Assembly (NCBI GenBank): GCA_965153455.1
Contig: OZ234493.1
Coordinates: 22,310,213-22,374,212, forward strand
Length of the DNA: 64,000 nucleotides
Direction of reading: 5' to 3'
From: Sphagnum compactum
Taxonomy: Eukaryota
Shown here: positions 12,626 through 26,373 of the stretch, one piece after another
Layout: every line of letters starts with the position of its first letter
Numbering within the stretch: the stretch's first letter is position 1
The notes under the pieces: model-generated
Told to the model about the DNA's origin: nothing
Seen by the model: the letters and a program-made list of their open reading frames with translations, nothing else
Databases searched by the model: none
Translations under genes and position numbers: made by a program

Positions 12626-14233
12626 ATGGAGTCCTTTCTGCAGATCAACCAGCACCAGCAGCAGCAGCCAGGGCCGCGTTTGAGCCGCTCGCAATCTTTA
12701 GATTCAATGAGCACTGCTCCCTTGTTCTTCAGCAGCGCCTCAGTGTACAGCACTCCTTACAATATGGTCGCAGCTGCTGGACAGCCACTGCAAGCTTCTT
12801 ACTACGTGGAAAGCCCGTCCTGCAGTTCCTTTCTCGACCTCAGCTCCATCAACTTCCATGATCGGAAACAGTTCCTGCAAAGCGAGGAGTCTGAGCGTGA
12901 CGGTCTCTCTGATCAAGCTTTTACAGGTGCCACCTCCTCCCCCTTAAGCAGGGTCGGATCTTTCTTCAGCAACTACTACAGGTCTGATCAGCGGCCTTTC
13001 TCCATGTCCAACGTCAGTGCCCGAGTGCATTCGTGGCGCAAGTCTCGACCTCGGACGGGGTTTGCCCATCATGCGGATGTTTCCAGCAAATGGGTTGTTG
13101 ACGAGGAGACTGAGACAGCGGGGTTAGGCCGAGGAGGAGCTGGAGCAGCTGGTCGATGCGCAGCGCATGAGAGATCCAAGTGTTGCGTGCGCTTCACCTC
13201 CCTTGTGTTGTGGTTGTGCATGACGCTGTGTTCCATGGCGTTTATTCTCGCCGTCACTTGTCTCTTGTACTGGATCGTCTGCCATCCCCATGCACCGTCT
13301 ACCACCCTCAAGGTTCACAACCCCGTAGATCCCCCGTCCTTGACCTAATCATACTTCTTCTTTCGCAAAGCCTAAGATTGCAGATCATCATGCATGGTAA
13401 AGAATACTAATCTGCAACACAAAGCATGTCATGCATCCACAATTGCTGCTGCAGGAGTCGCGTAACCCAATCTGTGCATGCATGTACATGACTGATCAAG
13501 ATTGTTTGGCTTGCAAATGTTTTGCAGCGAGTAGAGTTTCGGAAGTTCCATGTGATGCAAGGCTACGACCGCACAGGAGTACCCACTGAGATACTGAGCT
13601 TGCAGTCCATGGTGCACCTCACCTTCCGCAACCCATCCAAGCACTACGCCACTCTTGTCAGCCCTAGCAGCTCTATCACCTTCTCTTACCTCCCTAGGCA
13701 GCTTGCACATGTCCAGGTAAACCTCTCAGGCTCATCTTCCAACCCCTGATCTGATCTGTCTTCCGCGCATATGAGATCCTCCGTAATGTTCTTAGTCATC
13801 TCCCTGACATTCAAGGTAATGATCTCCGGCGCATGGAACCCTGACGAGCCGGTGGTGATGATATGTATGCTGCTGCCTGCAGGTGGCAAGGTTTTACCAG
13901 CAAAGGGATTCGCAGTCGGAGGTGATGGTGGCTGCAGAAGCCAAGTACGTGCCACTGTATGGAGCGGGGCCGAGCATGAAGGAGGCCATAGCAAAGAGTC
14001 GAACCATCGAGCTGGGACTCACCATCTCCGTCACGGCAACTGTGCGATTGTTTGCTGGACTCATGACCAAAGAGTACAACCAGGAGCTGACCTGCCGTGT
14101 TTCGCTGGATCCCAACACCGGCATTGTGACCTCGACTGCCTGCCAATCTCCTGACAACAACAACAACCACCACCAGCTGCAGGATGTTGATGATGACAAA
14201 CTCTTCCCTCAACAAGGAAGCAGAAGCCCCTAG
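12626..14233 (+). CDS. NHL/LEA_2-domain single-pass membrane protein. Exons 12626-13312, 13528-13716, 13883-14233
   Basis: Ser-rich N-terminus, then a Cys-flanked hydrophobic helix (CCVRFTSLVLWLCMTLCSMAFILAVTCLLYWIVCHP). This is followed by KRVEFRKFHVMQGYDRTGVPTEIL..LTFRNPS..FYQQRDS..VPLYGAG, typical of plant LEA_2/NHL proteins; phase-0 GT-AG introns. Confidence 0.88.
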
Positions 14234-16439
14234 GGTTTCACACTTCCAGTACTGGAAGTTCAGAAAGTTCCCAAGGCTTCTTCTAGATCTCCCTGTCCAA
14301 GTCCGGTGGGTATATCTTCCACAATACCCATGATTTTCATGCATTCATACTAGGCCCCAATCTGCAACAGATGAGAAAACATCAAGTTCTTTAGTCTGAA
14401 CTATGCCTGTCCTTTTATAGATCTGAGCAAGGCTCCCTGCTGTGGGAGAAAGAGCACACAACCATGACAATTCCTGCACTTAAACCTGACATTGTGCATT
14501 TGTCGCAAGCAACTTCAGAGCATACTAAAATCACTATGAGCCTAAAAGCTTGAATGATTGAACTAGTATGCACACAGCATTTGAGGATCCCACTGGATGA
14601 CTGCAGTGCTTGCAGCCGATTGAGGTTCTAGACAGCTTTCTAATCAGAAATTTGTGTTAGGGTCCAGAGCCTTTGCATCCTTGAACAAAGACAAGACTAG
14701 AAGGAAGATTCTTCAGATGACATGTTCTGAGGTCTGCAAAACCACTGTCATGTAAATATGATGTAAAGTGTGTGCCTTAAAGAGCAATCAAGAATTTTTC
14801 CATTTCTGTATTGGGTAAAGTCTCCCTCTAAACTCCATCTAAAACTCATTGCCAATGCTGAGGGAGCTGATCTAGAACCACTGTATCTGATGATTCAACT
14901 GCTTCTGAAAACCTGCCTGTGCAAAATTTAGCTGATAAGTTGAATCTCCCATTTCTCATCACTGTACCCTAAACTCTGACCCTAAATATGAACACTTACC
15001 TAACCCATGCATCCTCCTTTCATGTACCAATCCATCAAACCAGTCAAAACACAAAGAAATTCAATTTCCAATTCAATTTACAATTGTCAGAAATTCCCAT
15101 CAACTTCACATTGGATACAGCATATTATTCCACCAGTGATCATGAAAGAACAATAACAGAGATCACAAGAAATTGTGTTTCGCTATTTGCAACCAAAAGT
15201 TTTGAAGCTTTTTACTTGTACTGTACAATGATTTTAAGGATCCTGGGGTGTTAGCAGACAGTACCTCTGCAACCTTATTTGCAATGGTACAATGTTAAGA
15301 AATTCACATCCAACATATGCTTGCTACCAGTGATCATGACAGAATGCATAAGAGATCATGCAAAATTTTACTTCTTGTTAAATTGCAGTTCCAAATGTCT
15401 TAAAGGTAAATTTCGCTTCTTGGTTAGCAGAGAGTTACACCACTTGGTTGGCACTGGTGACATGTCTCTTGTTGCAGCTGACATGATTAAAGAGATCCTT
15501 CTTGATTTGCATCTGTGGATCTTCCTTGAGAGTAATCCCAAGCTAGTTCACACTGACATGATTCATATCATGTCCTCTATTCCAAAGAATTGAAGTACCA
15601 CATCATTGAGTGAGAACTGAAAATTTGGTAGAAATTCTTGGGTTGAGATTCTTGTCAGATCCTTCACAGTGCTGGGTGTACATGAGATGAGAGAAGGCAA
15701 ATGCATTCTTGTCTCAATTCTCATGTGTGGATTGAGGAAGTCAGAATTATATCTCGCATGGTTGTTAGGACAGCTTGTTCTGCCCAGTGACTGAGCTGTA
15801 TTTTGCTATAAGTGAATGCCACAAATCCAAATTTCAAACACGTTGAGAAGACGCAGGAGGTAATCTGGCTTGATGACAGAAGGATGATGTTGCCAAAGTG
15901 GCTAATGAATTTCTGAATTTCATAATTGGTGAGAGTGTTTATGAATGAAATTGACGAAACAAGTGCAACTTACCAAATGGGCAATAGATGGATGTGATTT
16001 GAATTTCAAGAGTGAAATTTTACTATGAAGGTAGAACTCGCATATAATAAGTATGGTTTGCTTGATCATACAAATAAACCATACCACAGGGATGAACTAA
16101 ACTTAATCAACATTGACAATGGGGATGATGGAAGGGTTTATGAAAACCACTAGTTCATTTAGGGTTTTAAAATAACCAGGACCAGTGGTCCTTTTATTAT
16201 GATAATTTCTTTTCAAAGAATCAGAATCGACAGCGGATCTCATTGGGACCTGATGAAGAAGAGGAGCAACGCGCTTGCAAGCTGAAAGTTTTGGCTGCAC
16301 ACAAGTTGAATCCCCACAAGTTTGGCCAGTGCCAGTTCTTCTTTGGAGGTCATTCAACTGAATGAAGTGTTGATGGACAACACCCCAAGGCCAATCGAAT
16401 GATTGGGGTTTCATCTGAACCAGATCCGCTTTTGCCAAA

Positions 16440-17155
16440 AAAACTTGAAAAACTTTACAAAGTGTCTTTTGCAGCAATTTAACATTTTTATCTATTGCAA
16501 CAACACATAGCCTGATTGTCTACTCCAATATTGAAGTTTGCTTACATCTTGCACGTTCCAGATAAGATCAATTGTCAATTGTAGAGGTCCATACTAAAAT
16601 CCAAAATTGATCAACAAATCAAAATTTGACCTTGAAAAACTTTATATTTTGCAGTAGTGTAATCTAACTTGCTTGTCTACTATAGTGATTACTTTTTTAC
16701 TTCGTAGTGTAGCTCTTGTTTACATCTTGCACTTTTTCAAATAAGATTGATTATAGAAGTACGAGAATCTGAAATTGATAAACAAAGGCAAATTTGACTT
16801 TGAGAAACTTTATTTGTTTTTTGCAACAATGTAACCTAACCTACTTGTCTATTACAACAACACGTAGTTTGTTTGTCTATTATAAGCTTAGTGTAATTTT
16901 TCCTTACATCTTGCACTTTCAACATAGGAGAAATTGTAGAGGTACTAAAATCCAAAATTGATTGACGAAGGGGAATTTGACCTTGAGAAACTTTATAGGT
17001 GTTTCCTATAGTACAATAACATGCTTATCTACAACAACATGTAGCTTGCTTGTTTAGTACAATAGTGCAGTTTGCTTGCATATTGCACTCTCCAGATAGG
17101 ACCAATTATAGAAGTACTGGAATCCAAAATTGATCAACAAAGGGGAATTCAACCT
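16440..17155. repeat. Degenerate tandem repeat, ~175-185 bp unit, ~4 copies, abutting the hAT-like relic
   Basis: Motif TTACATCTTGCAC..AATTGTAGAGGTACTAAAATCCAAAATTGAT..AATTTGACCTTGAGAAACTTTAT recurs at about 16542, 16720, 16904 and 17076. Confidence 0.8.
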
Positions 17156-17317
17156 TGGTTTCATGGAATCTTGAGTATGGTTTTATGTTCATGGTGTTTT
17201 AGTGTTCAATGTTCACACATTGAGTAATTAGCAAATTGTATTTGTGAAAATTTTAGGTTTTCGCAAATCAAACTAGGGAGTTATGAAGCTCAAGGTTTTT
17301 CTTTCATCAAGTTTTGT

Positions 17318-20070
17318 GTGAAATTTCATGGTAAAATAATTCAGCATCCTAAAAACTTCAAGTTCAAGTTTTTGTTTGGTGATAAAATCCCAATAGTTGG
17401 AAATGTTACTTCTTCCAACAAGTCTATAGTGGATGTTGATTCTTCCAACATGTCTATAGTGAATGTTGTTTCTTCTAACAAGTCTACAATGGATGTTGCT
17501 TCTATTGTGGATTCTAATTGTGTTATTTTGGACCCGATCGTGGTGTAACATCATAACTTTGAAGTAACCAATAAAAGAAAAAAAATAATGAACAAAATAG
17601 ACACTTTCAAGATACATGGGCAGTGAAACTTTCTTGGGCCGAATCTGTGGTTGGTTTTAATGGCAAAGCTGCTCAAATTTGGTGTAAGGTGTGTACCCAA
17701 ATTGAAGGTAAACAAATATTATTGGTTCCTAAGCTAGATTGTTTGTGGAAACATGTAGGTTGCTTTGGTAGCCATGCTTGCGATAAAAGATGGGGATCAT
17801 TATTTTTGAAAACCAACGTTCATGTTGCCAATGAAAAACTTTACTTTACTATTATTGCTAAAACATGTTACAACAAATTGCTCATGATGCAATTGTTGAA
17901 AGGAAAAAAAAGATGTTCACTTGTTAATTTATTTCACTTGCTTAGCCATTGTATGGTTCATAAAATAGACCTTGTTGTGTAAATTTTGTTTACTCTACCT
18001 ATGGTGGCAAAGTTGGAGGAATTGTTTCAATCTTTTTATTTTTACTTCTCAAGCTTCCCCAAGTGGCATTTGGAATTCACAAAAATCATGGAAACAGAAG
18101 GACTAAAGATCTTGATAAATGTTAAAACACCGTGCATTTCAATGTTGAAGCCTTTGAAACATGTCTTAGTTGAATACAAGACTTTGATTGTCAAAATGTC
18201 ATTTAACAACCTTTCAATTGTTCAAGCAAGGTTAAATCTTGATATCTTTTGTGATGTTCACACATTGTTGGTCTTGTTTTAACTTTGTTTGTTACCATTA
18301 TTAGAGTTCGTCAATTCTTTGATCACATTTTCCTAAGGAAGGCATGTTTCATTTTCGATTTTGTGATTGTTGTAAAAATTTGTCAAGCTGATATCTTTAT
18401 GATGTACATTGATCCTATGATGAGCTACTAATAGGAACATTTCCAAGTGTTTTGTGGTGTTGAAAACTCTTCAACCACAATCACCCAAGATTGGGTTACT
18501 AATCTAACCATTAGTTTAAAAAATCTTGTTTTTTGAATGGTTGGTCACAATTACCAAGCTCATATTTTCAATGTAGTTGTTAGGGTTAACCAACTAGTGT
18601 GCAGAAATGTTTTTGTGGGAGCTGTTGGACAAATGAAAGGTCAATGTTCTAATGCAACTGAGATGTTTGTTGGTAAGTTGGAGATGTGCTTCTCAAATTG
18701 TGAATTGATGAATGCCTTGAACATTATGTATCCACAATTTTGGATGCATCTTGATGCTACTATTTCTTTTTCTTTCCACTTTGGCATCTTCAAAAAACAC
18801 TATTGTGAACTAAAAAATGTGAAACTTTTGTTGTTGGAAATTTCAGAACTTTTGAATGCTAACATTTTGGATTTGCAGATGTCCATGTTTAAGCTTATTG
18901 TGAAAACACAAGCACCCAAGGCCATGGCTAAATCATTTGATGTCAATCCAATGACCAAATTGTGGACTCTAATAAGTAACAATGGGTTGCCAGCTTAAAG
19001 GTTAAGTGAATATTTGAAATTGCTTGAAATAGCCATCATTTTAGTGTTTGAATTTGTAGAGGATGAACACATTTTTTCTACTTTTACATTCACGAAAGAC
19101 AAATTGTGAAGTTGATTAAACCAACATTTGGACACAATTGTGTGCATGTTTGCATAAGAGGTCTTCACTCCAAAAAAACTTCCCTTATCAAAATTGACGC
19201 ACTCCTTGGTTCCGGGGTGAACCCACTTGAGGGTTCACCAATGTGAAGTTGCGGAAAGTTGGGACCGAAAGGCACGTTCCCGGCTTCCAACTCTAGAAAG
19301 GGGTAGAGGGTCGAGTTGGGAGCCCAGGGATTAGTCTAGGAAGAGGGACTAGCTTAGCTTGTGTGAATCTGCATCCAAAAACCAACCGCGGGAGGTTAGT
19401 TTAGCATTCGGGACACCCTTGGGTGTTGGGACAAGCCACGGGCACTTGGACACACAAGACTCAACACGGCCCGGACTCGGGGGAAGCCACCACCTTCCCC
19501 CATATAGTATTCTCTGCAGCTCACCACGGAGGCTACATCCAAATGGCACATTTTGTTGGGACTCCCGAAATGGAGTCCTGAAATTGTCCCGGCGAGACTC
19601 CCGGAACTTTGAGCTACCATAACTCCCGACTTCGGAGTTCGATCGTGACGAGGTCTGAACCAAAGTTGGAGCCCTTGTTGAGATCTTTCCAAGGCCATGT
19701 TGCACTCCCTCAGGCGACGTCGGGAAAGGGTCGATTCCCAACTTTTAGTGGTCGGGAGTCAAACTGCCAATTTGACTCTCGGCCCTTCTTTTGCCCATAA
19801 CTTGGGCTGCAGATGTCCGAATGGCCAATGCGAGGCCATTTTCGATATCTACGTTTCAAGACCTTTCCACTGACACCAAGAACACCGCAATGTGAGGTGT
19901 TTTGGGCCTTGCTATTGAGCTCTGAACATTCGGGAGTCCCGTAGGACTCCAAACCTCCAACCTTTCCAAGTGTTGGGCTTCACCCCCACACTTGGACAAA
20001 GTGGGGTTGCGACAAAAATACCATTGCATGTTGGAAAGATGAAAAGGTGTGAGTTGGTGCTACCACTTAA
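17318..20070 (+). mobile_element. Decayed hAT-like (C17orf113/ZNF862-type) transposase relic, interrupted by a solo LTR
   Basis: Fragments LSWAESVVG..WCKVCTQIEGK..LLVPKLDCLWKHVG, YFYFSSFPKW, ALNIMYPQFW, and a hAT dimerization-like C-terminus VEDEHIFSTFTFTKDKL*S*LNQHLDTIVCMF. Many stops and frameshifts; 30-bp coding repeats at ~17411-17500. Confidence 0.75.
19195..20014. mobile_element. Solo-LTR-like element, 820 bp
   Basis: Termini TGACGCA...TGCGACA (TG..CA, 6/7 inverted match), flanked by perfect 5-bp direct repeat AAAAT (19190-19194 and 20015-20019); GC/CpG-richer than flanks. Confidence 0.85.
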
Positions 20071-22073
20071 AAGCTCATGTTCATCCATGTTTGTGTCTTA
20101 GATTTAGTGTTTTTGTTTCCATGGTCAGGACAAGCACGATCACTGAAAAAATGGTGATTATTTCATCATGCACTTTACTAACGCATGGGTGTGGTGGGTG
20201 GGACTTTGAGTTGCATTGAGCAAAATTTGATATAAAATTAGCGTTCGACTCCCCTTCAAAATATTTTTGTGTTTACTTTTTAAGTTCGATGTTTTACATT
20301 TATATGCATCAATGCTACTTTCTATGCTTTTAAGTTAACAAAATTAATCTTCTTCCTTTTTAATAATGGAGCCAAATTCAATATTTTTTTTTGTGGGTGT
20401 CACTCAATGTGCTTATTTTAAAAAAATGTGAATATCCACTAGGGGCCTAATATTTTGAAGTATCCATGTTTGCCAAAAGTTGTATCAATTATACTTCAAC
20501 CAGAAACCCTCACTTCAAGTCACGCATACTTGGTTTTTGTGTGGATATATATATGGCTGAACCATGACACCAAAACATAAATACCATCAATGTGATGCAG
20601 AAAAAGTCGCATCAATTTGTGTTCATCAAATTCATACTCTAATGCTCAAGAGCACTTTGGGCATCTCTAGATTATACATGAGTCTTGGGGGACAAAAGCG
20701 AAATTTACCTAGTGACATACATGCCTTGAGAATCTTTGTGGTGTTTTGTTGGAGAGCCCCCATAGCTTCTTAGCTTCGTTGAATCTGTTGCACTTCCACC
20801 TATATATTTGCATCACAAAGAGTGCAGGATGTCTAGTTGCTTGGCCCTTGTTTTACAAAGTGCTACTTGAAGAATTTGCTTTCGACATTAGCACATTTTC
20901 TCACCGAATTAATGGCTATCTTATGGGGCTCTTTATACCGCTAATAGGAGGCATGGTAAATCGTCAAAAGACAACAAGTACAAGCATCAATCACAATTGG
21001 CCACTGGTGGAACTTGTAGCTTCATATGAGCTCATATACTTATGCTTCCAATTCGGGAGTTTGTGTCAATTTTTGTCCAAAATAACACTAATAAGAGCGA
21101 TCAACTATGCAACAATAAGAACTTGGTCATTATGCACAAGATCAACAATTTCCTATACATATTGACTACTCAAAAAGTTGAAATGTAGCTATACTACTAC
21201 TACTACTACTAAAAATCCACCTACTCCTTTGAAAAACTTACATAAAAAACCCTAAATCCTACCCTAGCAATGGCCTTTGCACATGCCTCCTGATTCAATC
21301 CCAAGGTCTTACTATGGATGTTATTCTTGGTGTCAAGCTAAAATTAGGGTTAGGATCTTTAAATAAGAAAGTTGATTTTTTTATAAAAAAAGTTATTATG
21401 TAGATTAGAACTTCATAGTTAAATTTTAGTTTTAATTAGTTGTTGAGCTTTGAATTCGCATAGACCCTTGTTTTAATTTGTTGTAGAACTTTGTGCCCAA
21501 ACAATCTTGAATTGGGCCTTAGAGAGTGATTTTTGAATTGGGCTCTAAGGCTCCTGAATTTTTTTAAAGTGTGTTAAAATAGAAACTGAAGTATTTAAAA
21601 ATTTAAAAGAACTGAGCTTAAACCCTAAAAAAAACCCCCACCCAAAGAACCTCCAAATAAAATTTTCAAATAAAATTTATATTAAAATTTTTAAAACTTC
21701 CAAATACATTTTCCAATGTCAAAAATGGTACATGAGATTTTCTTTTGAAATTATTTTTTAAAAAAAATACCAAACAAAACTGGTCGAGACCATTGAAAAG
21801 CATTTTTTTAAAAAAAAAACCCCAAAAAACATCTCCATAAAGAATCTCAACACATTTCACGCAACTCTTTTGTTGTTGACCTAAATTGCGTCGTCTGTCG
21901 TGGACGACGGGATCTGCAGGCTCGCTTCTGCAAGGGCGAGGGGGAGCTCAGGCTTTTCCTGGCGCGAAGTTGCGGTGGATGCATCTCCTTGACGAAGGAA
22001 AAAGAAAGGAAAACAAGAAGAGAAGAACAAGAACAAGAACAAAAGCTTGTTTGTTTTTGGAGTTTTGGTAGGG

Positions 22074-25000
22074 ATGGTAATGGCAGGGGAAGATGTGTCC
22101 ATGCTAGTGGTGCTTCCGCAGGGCCCAGGGATGTTGCAGCAGATTCGGTCTCTGACGGATATCGGTGACATGACGCGACTTCTTCACGAATGCATCGCTT
22201 ATGAGCGTAGTATCGACAGCGAGCTGGAGACGCTGCTGTCGCAGCGGCAGGATCTTGAGAAGAGCCTGGGGAGTCTGTATCAATCGGCGGAGGTTTTGGA
22301 GATCGTGAGATCCGACGCCACGCAAATGCTGGCCAGTGTGCAAAGCACTTGTGCGCTTGCAGATCATGTGAGTGATAAGGTTAGGCAGTTGGATCTGGCT
22401 CAATCTCGTGTGCAATCCACTCTCTCGCGGATCGATGCTATTGTGGATCGCACTAACTGCATTGATGGTGCTAAAAATGCCCTGGATGCGGAAGATTATG
22501 AAACAGCGGCCAAGTACGTGGCTACATTCTTGCAGTTAGACGAGGAGTACAGCCAGGGAGGAGGTGGTGCTGGAGGATTAGCACTCGAAAATGGAAGAGA
22601 GACAGCCATGGAACAGAGGAAGCAATTGATGGAGTCCAAACAGAAGCTAGAGAATGTGATCCGCAAGAAGCTTTCTGCCGCCATCGAAGCTCGGGATCAT
22701 CCTAATGTCGTGCGGTTTGTAAAGCTCTTCCCTCCTCTCAGATTGCAGGAAGAAGGGCTTAGATCCTATGTGGGATACTTGCGGAAAGTGGTAGCTCTGA
22801 GAGCCAGAGACGGATACGAGGGTTTGTTGGAGGGTTTGGTGGATCAAGGTGGCGGCGGCAGAGGTGGTGCTGGTGCTGCATCTGCCAGTTTTGTGGAGGT
22901 TCTGAATAATCTCTTCAAGGACATTGCTTTTGCAGTGGAGGAGAACGAGGAGCTGTTGCTGGATCTGGCAGGTGAGGATGCGGTGGTGTTGGCAATCCAA
23001 GAGCTACAAGAGGAATGCAATTCCAAGGGGAGCACGATCATGAAGAAGTACATTGAGCACAGGAAGCTTGCAAAGCTGTCAAAAGACATTGTAATCCACA
23101 ACAAGAACCTGATCTCTGTTGGGGTTTCGTCATCAGAAGGTCCTGACCCTCGGGAAATTGAGCTTCATCTTGAGGAGATGTTGTTGTTGAGCCAGACGAG
23201 TGAGGAGTATTTCCATTTCATGATTACTAAAATGAGGGAGGCAGGGTCTGTAGGGGCACAGATCAGCCCCCGCACATCCAATGCCTTCAAGAGTGGTAGC
23301 TTTGGGAGGTCGGTTCAGGAGCTTATTGGATACTACATTAGCCTTGAAGAGTATTTCATGGTTGAGAATGTGAGGAAGGCCATTAAGATTGATGAGATTG
23401 TGCTTGATGGAATGACTACTTCAATGGTTGATGATGTTTTCTATGTGCTCCAAAGCTGCTCAAGACGATCAATATCAACATCTAATGTACAATCTGTGCT
23501 TCAAGTTCTCAACAATGCCAACAACCTGCTTAATAATGAGTTCAAGGAGGCTTTGCAAAGAAAGATCCGGGAACCAAATTTGTTTCTCAAGCTTTTCTCT
23601 GGAGGACTGCCAGTGACCAAGGTTGGCACTGAGGTAGCTACTGCCCTGAACAATGCAGATGTCAGTGCTGAGTATGTTGTGAAGCTCAAACATGACATTG
23701 AAGAGCATTGTATGGAGGTGTGTTGACTTGGCCTCTTCCCTTTTATGTTCTTCCCTCTTTCTGGATGTCATAGCAGTACCACCCTGGCAATTTGCTTCCA
23801 CCATGTAAGAAGGAAAACTATTTCAGGCATGTCAAGTTCTGTGTTTGGGGCATGCTGAGAACTTTCAGGGTTTTCTGTGAAATTGGCAAATAGACTGTTG
23901 TATGGGGTCATGTTGCAAATGGTTTTCACTAAAATCTGCAGCTGCAGGGTCACCGGTTTAACAAGGCACATTTGGCTAGTTGTGTTGTGCTTGTGCATTT
24001 CAAGGCATATGCTAATATATCTTTTTTTCATGGATATGAACTGATGCTTGGTGATGTTTGTTAACCTTGTGGGTTAATTTGATGTTGTAGCTGTCTTTGC
24101 ATCTCCAACTGAAGATATATCACATTTCCCCATGTTCATCAATTTTCTGTATGTGGGTAGACAGGGAATCAGTGGATGATTAAGTTTTCAAGCTATCTTA
24201 CTGTATAGGATCATGTTGTTCTTGGATAACAGACTTTCTCAGGTCCCGGAGAAAGAGAAAAGATAAAGTCTTGTCTGACAGAACTTGGGGAGACAAGCAA
24301 TAGTGTGAGGCAAATTGGTACTCAAGGCCTGGAACTATTAGCAAACAACATCACTCCCAGGCTACGGAACCTGCTTGATGCGGTAATCACCATGGCCTGC
24401 TATTTGACTTGTTCTCATTGAAGAGTTATGTTCATTGATGACAGAGACAAGGCAATGAAAGCACGTATAACACCTCTCTTGGCACAACTAAAGCCAGATC
24501 TGAAGTGATGAGGTTGTTCTCATGGAAATTGCCTTTTCTAGGCTCTTAACCTTCAAATTTCAGCAAATGCTCCAGTGTCTCCCTTGTCCCCAGCTGAAGT
24601 GGATGTTGTTTCTCTACAGGCACTCTGTCGTCTGAACCTGCCTTTTCTGTGATGCTAATGCCAGAGACCTTTGGGCTTTGCTTGTTTTGCCTTGTACAGG
24701 TAGGTATTGTGAGCTATGAGCTAACAGAAACCCAATATGCTGAGAATGAAGTCAGCGATCCATGGGTCCAGAAGCTATTACATGCTGTCGATATGAATTT
24801 GACATGGCTGCAACCTCTCCTGACAACCAACAACTATGATTCACTGGTGCATTTAGTGATTGATACTTTAGTGAAGAGGTTAGAGGTAATCATGACTCAA
24901 AAGCGATTCAACCAGCTTGGGGGTCTACAGCTTGATCGTGATGCCCGTACACTTGTTGGCCATTTCTCAGCCATGACCCAGCGTACAGTGCGTGATAAAT

Positions 25001-25179
25001 TTGCTCGGTTAACTCAGATGGCAACCATCTTGAACCTGGAGAAAGTTTCTGAGATTCTGGACTACTGGGGTGAGAATTCAGGGCCAATGACATGGCGTCT
25101 AACTCCAGCTGAAGTCCGGCGCATACTTGGCCTGCGAGTTGACTTCAAAACTGAGTCCATTGCTGCACTCAAGTTATAA
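22074..25179 (+). CDS. COG4: Conserved oligomeric Golgi complex subunit 4 (~757 aa). Exons 22074-23717, 24233-24382, 24700-25179
   Basis: IRSLTDIGDMTRLLHECIAYERSID..KVRQLDLAQSRV..YISLEEYFMVENVRKAIKIDE..TTSMVDDVFYVLQ..REKIKSCL..KRFNQLGGLQLDRDARTLV..VRDKFARLTQMATILNLEKVSE..WRLTPAEVRRILGLRVDF; phase-0 GT-AG introns. Confidence 0.96.
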
Positions 25180-26373
25180 GCCACACCCATGAAGGTGCTT
25201 CTCCAGGGTGAGCGTGAGTGATTGTCCATAATGCTTTTTGACAGGTGTGACTCCTGCTTGAAACCCCTCCCACCACTGTCCATGAGAGACATAGAGCTCC
25301 CTACTGTGTCAGCAAGGACTGAACATAATGAATCCTTGTTGGACAAGAAGGTAACAATTCTATGTGGTAGACTGCTGCTCATGCATTTTACTTTCTGAAT
25401 ATGCCATTGAGTTAGAAGTAGCGGCAACGTGTTGGATGGTCCTTGTGAATTCCTCTCAGAACTCTGTGGGTGAAGGCAGTTCCTACTTGATTTGACATGA
25501 ATTCTGCAAACAGGTGAGAAGTTTCCACAGCCAGGTTGAATGCTATCATAGTTTCTTGATTGGAATTTGGCTCACATCTATTGGCTAAGTTGCTCCAAAG
25601 TGCTGTATGGTAGGTTGTATGAAGACTTTGTGCTGTTTGGCAAGAGGTCATTTCCCAGTTTTGTGAGGGTATCCGGTTTCAGTGTTGAATCTGGGGTTTC
25701 AGATTCTTGTGACCTGGACCCAAGATGCCTCCCTTTTGTTGGAACTGGCACAAGAAATGGACCATGGAACTAGCCTTTTGGATGGGTGAATGGAACTAGG
25801 GGTTGGAACTAGAATGGGTGAATGACATCCATCCAATTAGATGTCATTCATTTGTTATTCAACATTTTGCAACCATAAATTGTCAAGTAGATTCCACTAT
25901 TCAAGAAGAAATGGTTTAATAAAGAACAAATGCACAACATGAATTAACAATTGCTTCTTTGAAATTATAGTTGTACTCTTCTATCAAATGATCATATTAC
26001 ATGCCCCATTTTGTTTTACCACATGATTAATCTTGTAAACAAACATAACTCAAAACTCATTCAAAAGGTTAATTATTGTTGTCATCGTCTGTGAATATGC
26101 ATCTCCCATAATGCTCTATTGCATTCCTCTAGAATTGGGTTTCTCTCATTCAGCTCATTTCTACTTAGTTCCAGGGATAGAGAGATAGCAGAAGAAGAAG
26201 AATGACGTAGTTCTTCTTTGTTTCTACACAATTGACAAAGTTTTTTTATGATCTCAAGGTGGTTGTTGCATAGCATTGGATTCTTCACAAACTGAAGAAG
26301 CTGATGACAATGATGCTCCTCTCTCTCTGAGAGGTAAGCAGCATGTGTGAAAGATGAAAGAAAAGTTGTACCT

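Noticed and set aside
16103..16477. 124-aa minus-strand ORF / GC-richer island (plus frame GPDEEEEQRACKLKVLAAHKLNP)
   Set aside because: No recognisable family, no convincing start or splice context; may belong to the adjacent transposon.
19349..19952. Several overlapping ORFs of 60-130 aa
   Set aside because: All lie inside the GC-rich solo LTR and show no protein motifs.
20560..21170. 139-aa plus ORF; on the minus strand a possible BED-finger remnant (HFVKQG..CTLCDA..GGSAT)
   Set aside because: The plus ORF has no motifs; the BED-like reading needs several stops and frameshifts, too weak to call.
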